A stretch of 63,958 bases of DNA, counting the filler, from Circinaria calcarea (Eukaryota): assembly GCA_051942165.1 (NCBI GenBank). It is 4 parts of 4 records of this genome, joined end to end, with 100 filler letters (N's around TTAATTAATTAA, not from the genome) between each part and the next. Parts side by side here need not be neighbours in the genome. Positions count along the whole stretch, not along the records: positions 1 to 16,248 come from JAVECS010000328.1; 3 more parts are not named here. The stretch is one strand, 5' to 3'. The position numbers and the translations under genes are program-made. A model generated the notes under the pieces. The model was not told the origin of the DNA. It searched no databases and saw only the letters and a list, made by a program, of their open reading frames with translations. Shown piece after piece: positions 1 to 11,041 of this stretch. Positions within the stretch are counted from its first letter, which is position 1. Every line of letters begins with the position of its first letter.

Positions 1-1625
1 ATAGGCCGGTTCGAAGTCAAACTCATGCAATGCCATAATCGTGGCGATTTTCATCTCTATCATAGCTAGCTCTTGTCCGATGCAATTCCGAGGCCCGTAC
101 TCGAACGGTCGCCACGTACCTTTGATAGGATAAAGGGGATCACCAGCCGAGACTAGCCAACGTTCGGGGAGGAAGTCGTCAGGTCGATGCCAGTATCGAG
201 GATCCCGATGCAAGGCTTGGGATATAGACCAAACTAAGAAGCCGTCTGTAGGAAAGAAGCGGCCCTCTGTGTCTTGTATGTCGAATCCTGGTTCGCCACC
301 ACGTGTACTCGATACGACAGGAAACAGGCGAAGTGATTCCTTGATAACCGCAACAGTGTACGGAATCTGGTTAAGTATGAATGGGTCCCTTTCAATCATC
401 TCGATTTTCTGATCGAGGCCAGAACAGCCTAACACCTGGCTATGTTCTTTCCGAACGCGCTCTAGCACAGAGCTATGAACTGAAAGGAGATAAAAGATGT
501 AGCACATGGAACTACTAGTAGTATCATGACCGGAGAAGAGGAATAACTTGACCTGGCTCATTGCAAACCGCTTGAACGTGGGATCCATGCCGCCATCAAG
601 CTTCTCCCTCGGCTTGTTGGTAACATACGTTTCCAAGGCCAAGTCGATGACACATTTGCTGGGCCTATCTCCAAGTTTTCGATAGAGTGCAAAGCGGCGA
701 TCTAGTTCTCGGGAAAGATAGCTGTTCATATAATAGGCGTTGTATCGATGCACCAGAAAGCGTAAAGGGTTATATCTATCGAAAGGGTTAATCTTCTCTC
801 CGAAGATCAGCCAACGTATCTGGCTCCGAAGTGCATCGACTAGCATGTTACTCGATCGCTGTGAGCCGAGTTGGGTATCCCTAATAACAAGACGAATAAG
901 CAATCGTGGCGATCCATAGTATTTGGTACATACAATACGACCCTTCCAATAACATCCATGGCAAGATTATCCGTGTGGGTCTTTAAAGGAAAGATATCAT
1001 TTTCCTGTACGTGTTTATGAAGGACCTGAAGGAATCTTGAAGTCTCTCTGATGATTTCTGGAACAAGTGCCATCAGATTGGTGTTACTGAACCCTGGATT
1101 GTATATGCTTCTCCAAGCTTTCCAGGTTTGGCCTTCCATTGTAACAATGTCTAACCCATCGGTCAAGGGATATAGAAAGCTGCGGAGAGCATGATACTTG
1201 GGAAGTGAATGCTCTTGGGTGATCTGGTAGAGTGTGGAAGGTGATGAGACAACCAGTATCATAGGACCGAAAGGCCATGTATCGATGTAGTAGTTGGGCC
1301 CGAGATGTGGAAACTTCCGGCGAAGCTGATCTGGAAGGTACTGCGGATGAGCGTCTTTTGGAAGTTTTGACATGATATCATTGCAAACCAATAGATGGCC
1401 AAATATAGGACTATATGGGGGCATTGGCTTTTCACAATCAACTTTGCCATTTTCGTTGCTATGGGTGGAGTCTGGGAATGGCTCTTAGCCTCTTACCAAG
1501 CCTTGACTTTTTAATTTAAGCATCCTGCTCCGCACTTGAAAGAGCTTAACTAGGGACATCGCAGTATAAGCCAACCCTATCACCGCCAAACTGAGCACTA
1601 TGATTTTGAAGACCGGGAAGTCCAT
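1..1625 (-). CDS. Cytochrome P450, StcS/AflN (CYP59)-like; 3' end outside the window
   Basis: ATG at 1625 with hydrophobic anchor MDFPVFKIIVLSLAVIGLAY; GT-AG introns at ~1428-1496 and ~881-933; GLPMPPYSPIFGHL hinge, I-helix LFSGHDTTS, ExxR (KESLR), heme motif WRPFEYGPRNCIG at ~75-114. Subfamily is from recalled resemblance. Confidence 0.93.
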
Positions 1626-2657
1626 TGTTACTGCGTCCTGAGTGATGGTAGGTACGAGGCTCAGCTAAGGAGTATATCCGATAGCAATGGTGATCACAAA
1701 TGCTAGAACAGCTGTTATATCAGCTTCCCCCTAGGTATGTATCTTTCTGTGCTTTAATATTAAAAACACAAGTGTCGTTGTCGGTTGGAGAATTTAAGTT
1801 GGCTGGTGATGAAGGCTCGTATATAGGGGTAATTTAAGGTCGGTAAGATTCCGTTCATGACCGCTTAAAACCGGCTTTTGATACCTCGTACTGTAAAAAA
1901 ACTGCAGGTACGGATCCCTCGCGGCGTTACTTCGCAAAACGTCTGACCTAATCTTCTCCTCGACGGTTTATGGGCTAGATTAACCAAGGCCGCTATGTTT
2001 GGGTTGTTACAGCATTGCGTATATAGTCGGCTGATATACTTTCTATTACCTATAATTTATGCCGAATCACACAAAGTTTAGTCCAGGTGTCACCTGAATT
2101 TGCCTGCCACGGCTTTGAAGTAAAGATTGTTGTGTAAGAGTATTAGGATAGCTAAATTCGTATGAAGAATAGTATCACTCCGTAGTAGCACGATTACTAA
2201 AACGTAATATAGATCTGCGGTTAGTCCATTAAGGCTACAAGTAAACTTGTTAAATAGAGAGCCAAGCATACTGTATACCGAATTTTATGCCGAACTTCTA
2301 TATACAGAAGTTCTATACTACTCATATTAATATTAGCGTGGGTTGAAGAGTTTTCCCCTTGGCTTCGCACTTCACGAACCACACACTGAACACAGGTTAC
2401 ACAATATATCGATTATTGCGTACACATTGAATACCGCCTTAATGCGTTACTTAAATCTCCCCCTGCCATATATTCATCAATACTATCTTCAAAAAAGCGG
2501 GAATAATCTGTTCAGATATTACGTTTGCTCTTTATGCTCTCCAATCCCAAGTCCAGGGAACACTAGAAGCACCACGTTCCTAGTCAACCCGCCCCGGACC
2601 TGCGTGGCCTAAGTATGTCGTGGTGCCATGACATGTTGCGAATACGGGTCGTAGGCT

Positions 2658-3840
2658 TCAGACTCGAGCATAAACGTCCCTTTGCCCCCCCTGAATATTC
2701 ATTCGCATGCCGATCAGTGTAGCCGATGGAATGCTTGGAAGATTTCCTGGATTTTCGTCCTGCACGCTGTTTTTCTTCGATCCTCGTAAAAGCGGTATAA
2801 TAGGAGAGGAGTGCCACCGTTTTGTTCTTCCAGCCTTGGCTTTGGACTTGTCCGAAACGAAGACCTGGCGAAATGCTGTTAAGGAGACTAACACTATAGC
2901 AATAGAGACTTCCATTTGCTGCCAAAAGAAGAGCCAGGTTTGGTCGTAAGTCTCCCTTGAGAGTAACCCTGAGATCCTGACACAGGCGAATATAGCCAAA
3001 CAAATGTTCAGGCAGAGGAAAGCAGCCAAGCCTAGCTTCTGAACAGGCTTGATCTTGACTTTCCAGACAATCCAGACTGGAATGGCTACGACTGCAGGTT
3101 TGTTAACCAGAGAGGATATTAGGATGTAAGGGGCCCCGACTCATAATCTCGGTTGCCATATCTAGACAGTCCGAAAGCACACCGAGCGTTATAACTTTAC
3201 TTAGCCCAGCACCTTGTGTACAGCTGACTGTTCATTGGGAAATCAGTAAGTGCAAGGTATCCTTCGAAGGCATTGACCACTTACTTGTTGCAAGACCATG
3301 TTTTGGACAGGAAATAAAGGGACCAAAAGCGCAATAAACGAAGGCGATGATATTAACCACAATAGTGGCTTTCCAATAAAAGACAATTCGCTTGCCCAAA
3401 CGGTCGATCAACCGTCTGAAGAAGAGCAAGAAAGAGAACTTGACCGAGAAAATCGCCGTCCAGGTAACAGCAAGGTAAGCGTTGGTGGCATTGTGGAACC
3501 AGGTGATTCTCTCTATAATATCTCCTGGTACTTCGAAAGACGAGGGATTTGAGATTAAGGTCTGAAAGAAATAGATAGATGGGATAGTTTTATGTAGTAG
3601 CGCCGTCGCCGCGACAAGACATATACAAGCTGCAAACAAAAGCCAGTCGTCAGGGCGTAAGCATCGATGGGATCGCCAACGTATGATAGTTCGAGAAACA
3701 GCGCCAAGAATAGCGATCCCAAAGAAAAGTGAGGACACGACCTATTGACATCAGTTATAACTATATGCTAGAAGAGGGATGTAACCGAAAAAAGTAACCT
3801 TGAAAATGTTCTCGGGAATCCTAACTGCTCTGGTGGCCAT
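2658..3840 (-). CDS. PTH11-like (fungal rhodopsin-domain/SAT4 family) membrane protein, no CFEM domain
   Basis: Exon 1 MATRAVRIPENIFK, then spliced ORFs 3232-3738 and 2658-3029; motifs DDWLLFAA, FSVKFSFLLFFRRL and WQQMEVSIAIVLVSL; about seven hydrophobic segments. Confidence 0.85.
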
Positions 3841-4377
3841 TGTAAAAGTAGTTTTATACTGTAAGCACCTAACTTAGATGGATATATATATTCCAAAACA
3901 TCGGACTATTTTAATTCGAGCAGTACAAATGGTGAGATTTACGAAATAAATAGGTTGGAACAATGATGAGAAAGAATATACCGGTGGAAACTTTGTAACA
4001 ACAGGATTAATAGCAGGTGTACAAGTTCGAAACACGATCATATATATAGTATAAAAACACTAGGTTTTGGCAGTGCGATCAAATAATCATTCCAAGGTTA
4101 AACCTAGTGGCGACAGATTCCTATGGAATTCCTTTTGGCTTTATGACTTTTTCCACCTGGTAGTTCAGCACCGCCGAACTACTCGCCGGATGCAACGTCA
4201 CAATCATGGCAATCTGTATGGGCGCTACACCTTCCAATTCGTGCCTAGCGTATAGATGACGGCTATACGCGAGATTGTGAATAGGGTGAACGAATGCGCC
4301 GTTCAAATTCGCGTTCACGTACGGAGTATTTAGAATTTGCTGCGACCCTGATAAACTTGATAGCCCCATCGAATTAA

Positions 4378-5060
4378 CGAGCCGTTTCCGGACAGTACGC
4401 ATTGACCAAAGTTTTGTACTGTCCGCTCTAATCAGCGCAGGGGTGGAGCGGGCACTAATCACTAAACTTAAAGGCTAACAGGGTAGGGATCCAGCCTGCG
4501 GTTAGGCTTTGCCTCTAGAAAAGAGAAGCATTATAGAGACGGCACTACGTCTTCAATATATGAATAGATGCTATGAAACTGCTATGAGATACTGCGCGTG
4601 GAATATATATGCGATATATCTACAAGAATACTCGGGGGATTGTTGAGATATAATACGAAAGGCGCGCTTTATTAACGCTGATTCCCTGCTTCCTTCTCCA
4701 CGCACTTTAATTGAAAATATTTATTTCTTCTTGATCATTCGGCGAAGCCGGTTTTCATTGTGCACTCGCCGGGTATACTACAGCTCGCCGGGCGTACCCA
4801 TTAATATTGCGCGCTCCAACTAAGATCGAGGCGTATATATTTAAGCTTTGAATACCTAGCTTAGTGCCCGCTCTACCCCTGCGCTGATTAGAGCGGTGTT
4901 GGGGCTTACGTAAGCCGACCAGTATTTTAGCGAACTTTCTTGCTCTTACCTAGTTACACGAACATGCAGAAAATTCCATGATCCTTGAACGTAGTGCATT
5001 GCAGGAATACAGCGGACAGTACAAAACTTTGGTCAATGCGTACTGTCCGGAAACCGCTCG
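4378..5060. mobile_element. Non-autonomous Mutator-like (MULE) DNA transposon
   Basis: Left TIR 4378-4458 equals the reverse complement of 4861-4896 plus 5016-5060 (81 bp, 2 mismatches); flanked by a perfect 9-bp direct repeat TCGAATTAA (4369-4377, 5061-5069); no transposase ORF. Confidence 0.88.
4897..5011. mobile_element. 115-bp solo-LTR-like insertion in the right TIR of the MULE
   Basis: Starts TGTT and ends TACA; flanked by GCGG duplication (4893-4896, 5012-5015); removing it restores the TIR exactly. Confidence 0.7.
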
Positions 5061-5287
5061 TCGAATTAAATAGTCCAGGATAACAGCAACGTTACATATA
5101 AGCGAGGCCAAACTGCCCCGCGTATTCGGGGGGAGATCCAGATGCTCGACTCCAGAATACCACTTTGCTCCCAAGGGTGTATGAAGATAACGAATGTATT
5201 GTACAGAAACCAAATTTCATTAAGCTCTATGACATTCTAATGCACCTTCACCAAACTTGTTGTTCCCCTTCGGCGCCGCTCTTATAA

Positions 5288-6361
5288 TCACTCCGTATCA
5301 TCGGGATGAAAAACCAGCGCCCTCACCTCGATACTCTCTCTCTGTTCCTCGTTCACGGTAGCTTCATTCACAAACGCACTATGCGGCGCCCTCCTCGCTC
5401 TTCCATCCGTCTTCGAATCAAAACACTTGATCAGCATCACCTCATCCGGCCGCTGTCCGTACAGGTAATACCAGCGATGTTGTTCGTTCGCCTTCACAGT
5501 GAACGTCTCGCCGACCCGGTCCGGGTATATCAGCTGCACGGGCAGGAGATCACTATCCGGCACCGAGGTCGCATCCGCGACGCCGAGAGGGTCTTTTAGG
5601 ATGGTCTTGATGGGACGCCAGACGTTGATGATCTGGTACCGGCCTTTGAGCAGGCTGGGGGCTTCGGAAGGAAAGTGGGTCTCAACGCGCATAGGGCCGG
5701 CTTTATAAGATTGGTCGATATGGACCTGTCGGACGGGCCCCCGGAGGGACTTCGACTTGTCCGCTTTGTCGGTGGTTTCTTCGGCGTCTTTCTCTGGACG
5801 TCGGATTGTGTGGTCGAAAATGAAGACTTTGGAGGCTCCGGTGCTATCAAAAAGACGAATTGTTAATCCTTGGCCTTAAGTTGGTTGCGAACCGGAAGAG
5901 AATGTCTTCTTTCTCTGAAGAATCCTCCAGTGGCACGTCTGGAGAGGTGGGATAAGAAAGGAAGGTACATACACTCCCTTCAAAATCTCCTCAATCTCCG
6001 CATAATAACCCCCTTTGATCTGTTCCTCGTCCAGAAACTCCTTCTCTTTACTCTCATGTCGATAAATCTCAAACCCGTTCTTATCCAGACTATACAGCTC
6101 CTCTTCCCCGCGGATATCATGCACCGTGACACTCCTTGTGTCCGTTGGTTTCTCGTACGTTTCCGGTTTGCCAAAGATAGCCGGCGAAGGGGGACTTCCG
6201 TCACCGGGGTCTTTGTAGTAATTGAAATCAGCTACAAGATGGTGAGACTCTTGCACCTTGGAGACCGTGTCTGAGCGAGACGGGACTTGGGAGATGGGAG
6301 CATGGGTTTGGGAGAGGAGGTGGGGTGCAATGGTTGCCGGGTGGGTTGCTGCGGATGCCAT
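5288..6361 (-). CDS. CmcJ/NvfI/AsaB-like non-heme iron oxygenase (often labelled methyltransferase-like)
   Basis: Two exons (intron 5844-5972); motifs LDKNGF, IFDHTIRR, VHIDQ, INVWRPI, PHSAF, RESIEVRALVF. Confidence 0.85.
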
Positions 6362-6492
6362 TGTTGATGGAAGTTATCTAGGGCTGTATAGTATACCGTT
6401 CTTGTTACCTTCTATGCCCAGCATGATATAGGTCCCTAGGCCCCCTGCATAGCATCACCCCATCCCCTGCTGATATCGCGTGCGAGCCCATT

Positions 6493-6559
6493 CCTGACAA
6501 ATCAACCCTTTTCGCTTACAGATGGTGACCTGACAAATCAAACCTGTTGCTTATAGATG
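6493..6559. promoter_or_regulatory. Imperfect ~32-bp tandem duplication upstream of the oxygenase gene
   Basis: CCTGACAAATCAA...GCTTAyAGATG occurs at 6493-6524 and 6529-6559, 130-200 bp upstream of the ATG; a regulatory role is inferred. Confidence 0.4.
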
Positions 6560-7379
6560 ATTATATAAACAATCGGTAGAATATCTCACTTTCTCCATGT
6601 CTTGGTATTTTACCCCCCCGATTGACCGATGGCCTAACAAAGCTACCCTGCCTGGAATCGGTGGTGGCTTTGTAATACCATTTTTTCCTCCCATCGTGGC
6701 ACCTGTTTTCAAACCATGCGACCTTGCACTTTCCAGAATAACTAGGTATCGCCCCGTTCTCCTATCTGCTGCCCACATGTGAGCTTAAGATCAGCTAACG
6801 AGACCCCGCCCGCGCCGGGTTTGGGTGCGTGGTCCGCAAAAGACCATGGCAGTAATATGTCTCTCGTCTCTTTTGTTTATTTCGTTTTTGCTTGGGGCCT
6901 AGAAAAAAGGAAGATGGGGACACTTGCTGAAACGAGAGAGGGACTTTCCAAGGCTCACGGCTATGAAGTTTGTGTAGTTATTACATGAGAACAGGAGTTA
7001 AATGGGTATCCATTGGTCTATGGTGGTGGGTTTGGTTTGCTAGAATGTTACCCATCTGATGAATCTGTGATGGAGACTTTGGATTGTCTCGAACCTCGAG
7101 TTGGATATCACCGGATAAGAATTGCTGTTACCATGGGAGGTTGTAAGAGAATATTGTTGCTGGAGGAGGGCCGTGATGAAGGGGGACTTGACCCTGTATG
7201 ATCGTCTATGGAGTGCCGAGAGCTAGTAGAAGTTGTCCCTCATATTTGTGGGTGGAAATAAACACATGTATGCATGCCGTTTGCGAGCGCCCTTAACGAA
7301 GCATTACTAGAAGTGTAGCCTTGAAGAAAGTCTACAAGAATGCACACTAATCTAGCCTAAATTTCTATATACCCGTCTT

Positions 7380-8568
7380 CTATAGCTTCGCTCTCCTCGT
7401 CTTCTCATCCATCAGCTCTACCCCAGTAAGCCCCTCCAACTCCTTCACAGCTCTCCACGTCTTCCCCAGTCTGACTCTAACAGTTTGCATACCCAGCTCC
7501 TGCGCCGGCTTCAAATTCTGCCCTATATCGTCTAAGAAAACCACATCCCCTGCCTTGACCCCACTTCCTCCCTTCTGCCTGTCGAACTCATCTAGCTTCT
7601 GAAGGGCGAGTTCGTAGATCTTGGGATCAGGTTTCCGAAGTCCAACTTCTGCGCTCGCAACGAAGACGGAGAAGAGGGAGTTCAGCATAGTTCGGAGGGG
7701 AGAGGGAAGGCTGTAGGGGTGAGCAGGATGAAAGATGACGGTGTTGGTGAGGGCCCCAAGGATGAACTTTTGGGAAGAGGCAAGAGCTTGGAGGGCAGGA
7801 TAGACATAGGGATCGGGTTCTTGGGAGACTTTCATCATGGACCAGAAAAGGGATTCAGCCTCGATGGTGGGAAGAGGTGGAATCGTGGAGGCTAGGGAGG
7901 TTGACGGTTTGGTATGAGTCGAGTTACCAGTACCGCCAGAGGAGGATTGGTCCGCGTTTGACTGAGCACCTCGGTCATCTTTTGTAGGAGCTGAATCTGC
8001 GGTCTCGGCCTTTAAGCTGACCGGATCTCCTAACATCGAGGGGTTTTCTTTTGCAAGATCTTTGAGCTTTTTGGGTGCCTTTTGGTTGTTGCCATTCTCC
8101 GACGAGGTGTCTTTGCCTGTAGATGATGACGCTGGCGATGACTGTGCACCTCTATCTTGGTCTGTCGGTTCAGAGTCGGTGGCCTCTGCCTTCAAGCTAA
8201 CGTGATCGCCTAATTGAGTTGGGTTGGCAATATTTTTCAGTTTCTTCTTTCCAGATCGAAAGGTTATGTTGTAATCCTTCCATGCCTCTGCGTTGTGTAA
8301 ATCCGCACTGAAGCCTTTGAAGAAGTCTGCATCCATCTTAATCTCTCCTCGTTCAAGGCGTTGCCAGTAACCGTTCGGAGCAGAGTGAGAGATAGCATAA
8401 TTGATCCAATTGGTTGGTATACCATGCTTGTTCTCATAATCGGTAATCGCTTGCATTGGGGAGAGCACCTAATGGACTATTAGTACCTAGACTAGGATCC
8501 TCGACGGAATGGAGTAGACTCACACAAACACCGCCCATGTCAAAGAGGATCGCTTTGGGAGGAGCCAT
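7380..8568 (-). CDS. HAD-superfamily hydrolase (epoxide hydrolase N-terminal-like) with PTS1-like C-terminus
   Basis: Exon 1 MAPPKAILFDMGGVC (motif I), intron 8469-8523; motifs ALTN, RKPDPKIY and FLDDIGQNL; ends in -AKL. Confidence 0.9.
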
Positions 8569-9040
8569 ATCGAGAGAGATGCTTCTGTTCGGAGTCCAGT
8601 GAAGTTGACCGAGTGTTAATACAGAAGGACACTGATATACCTGCTGCCGGAAGACTCCCCGAGTGACGAAGAATGACAGCTACATGTACATCTGCGTGGA
8701 CAACATGCCGAGGTCCACATGCTTATCGATTAGGGTATTCTCACTTGATCGAGCAGGATAGCGAGCGTGATTGTCATTTCTTAAGACCATGGATCAAGTT
8801 TCATAGCAATGTTATCGGATCGCTTTGGGCGTTCAGCTCTGACCCCGTTGGGAGTCATTGGGTGCAATTCATAGAGTGGAGAGTGGACAGCTCCCCCGCC
8901 AAGCATTCAGCACCACAATCGCCCGCTTATGGTTTTGAGATCCTAGAAATCACAGGGACTAAATAAATCGGAAATATTCCTATATAAATCAAGAACCGAA
9001 ATCTCAGTCAAAGTTGTATCTGTCTTACACTATATGAATA

Positions 9041-10104
9041 ATGCCTGTCGGCATCAATCAAGTAGGTTCGCCAGGAATCTGTTATATTCATCAAACTCTC
9101 GTACTGATTTTCGCATCTAGCCTTCAAATCAGATCAGACTGACAAACGTCTCTTTGGTACGCCTCAAAAAAGGTAGAATCATAGATACGTATGCTATTTA
9201 AGTCGTTTATTCTGACGGTTGGTCACTAGCCAAGAAGCGCTTCGAGATTGCCTGCTATAAAAACAAGGTCCTCGAATACCGCTCAGGTGTCGAGACGGAT
9301 CTTGATAATGTCCTCCAAATCCCCTCGGTATTCTTAAACGTTAGCAAAGGCCAGACCGCTCCTGCATCGGATTTAGCAAAAGCTTTCGGACCCAAAACTT
9401 CCGTCAACGACATCATTCTCGAGATTCTCAACAAAGGCGAATTACAAGTTGGCGAGAAAGAAAGGCATGCGCAGTTAGAACGAGTACACAATGAGGTTAT
9501 CGATATTGTGGCTGGGAAGTTGGTGGACCCAAAGAGTAAAAGAGTCTACACTACTGGCATGATTGAGAAGGCACTCGATCAGTTGAGCAGTCAGAGATCT
9601 CAGAAGCATGAGGAAGGTAAGGGAAGCGGGACAGCCACCCCAACCACCGGAGAAGAGGAGGGCGAACACGGCAAGGCAAAGGGCAAGGAGATGCCAAGTT
9701 GGACTGGTGTAGTTACTACAAAATCAGCCAAGAGCCAAGCATTGGAAGCCATGAAAGCCCTCATCGCATGGCAACCGATACCTGTGTCGAGAGCGAGGAT
9801 GAGACTACGGATTAGATGTCCAATGGCGGTCCTGAAGCAGCCCGCGAAGCCAGCATCCAAAAAGGAGGTCTCCACAGAAGCAACAGACGGGGATCCAGAT
9901 AAGGGAAAGGGTACAGTAAAAGATCGGATTTTGAGTTATGTTGAAGAGATTGAAACACAGGACGAGGTCGGAGCGGAATGGGAGATCATTGGGTTTGTAG
10001 AACCAGGCGCTTTTAAGGGGTTGTCAGAGTTCATTGGGAGTGAGACAAAGGGTAGAGGAAGAGTAGAGGTACTTGATATGGCTGTGGTCCATGAGGGGGA
10101 TTGA
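9041..10104 (+). CDS. SDO1: SBDS/Sdo1 ribosome maturation factor
   Basis: MPVGINQ|PSNQIRLTNVSLVRLKK|AKKRFEIACYKNK across introns 9062-9120 and 9173-9229, continuing through ORF 9508-10104 (KSAKSQALE, RARMR). Confidence 0.96.
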
Positions 10105-10338
10105 GTGCAATCCTAGCTCTGTTCCAAGAAGACAAGTACACACCGTTCACATCTTCACGAGGCCTCCCGCAAATGCGACATCCACAAATCACATTCTTCT
10201 GCAGACGATGCTAGTTTTGATGCGACCATCGTTCCTAGCCCCAGCACGGCCACAAAACACCCCAAACATGCCCTTAGAACTGCAATGCGTGCAACGTCAT
10301 GCTCGCAGCACAAACATCCCTTCTGCGTGTCTGCTAGT

Positions 10339-10960
10339 TTAGCCCTTCTTCTTGGACACACCGACAGTCCTACCCCTACGTCCGGTTGTCTTTGAATGCT
10401 GACCACGGACACGTAGACCCCAGTAGTGACGTAGACCGCGATGAGCACGAATCTTCTTTAGTCTCTCCAGATCCTCACGCAATTTGCTGTCCATGCCGTT
10501 TGCCAATACTTGGGTATCCTTGCCGTCAACAATGTCACGTTGTCGGTTTAAGAACCATGTTGGGATTTTGTACTGAGTGGGGTTTTGGATAATTGTGACG
10601 ATGCGTTCGAGTTCTTCAGAGGTAATCTCACCCGCGCTGGTAATGGAAGATTAGTTACCGGATCGATCAATGCGAGGATTGTCTTGCGAAGGACGGGCCT
10701 ACCGCTTGTTCAAGTCCACATCGGCCTTTTTGCAGACCAGATTGGAGTACCGACGTCCAACGCCCTTTATCTTTGTCAAGGCGTACATGATCTTTTGCTT
10801 GCCGTCGACATTGGTATTGAGAAGACGGAGAATGAACTGGAAGTTCGACTTCTCTCCGGTTACGAGCGCTACATCTGCTGTTAGCCCCACGATTTCTCGC
10901 AGCTTATTTCAGAGATGCTTGAAGTGCAGTCGCAACACAAATCTCGAGCAACTTACACAT
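10339..10960 (-). CDS. RPS18: 40S ribosomal protein S18 (uS13)
   Basis: Exons 10960-10957, 10868-10703 and 10636-10339 give [24 protein letters not shown]...[36 protein letters not shown]. Confidence 0.98.
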
Positions 10961-10987
10961 ATTGGTGATGAGGAATAGCGATGCTTG

Positions 10988-11041
10988 TTAGGGTCGACGT
11001 CGTGATTTTTGAATGCGGAGGTTGCTTCGTGGGTGTGACTA
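10988..11041 (-). promoter_or_regulatory. Candidate ribosomal-protein promoter motifs (ACCCTAA; Homol-D-like TAGTCACA)
   Basis: TTAGGGT at 10988-10994 and TGTGACTA at 11034-11041 lie upstream of RPS18; short matches that could be chance. Confidence 0.3.

Noticed and set aside
4067..5213. Short ORFs over the MULE as transposase
   Set aside because: No DDE, FAR1 or zinc-finger motif recognisable.
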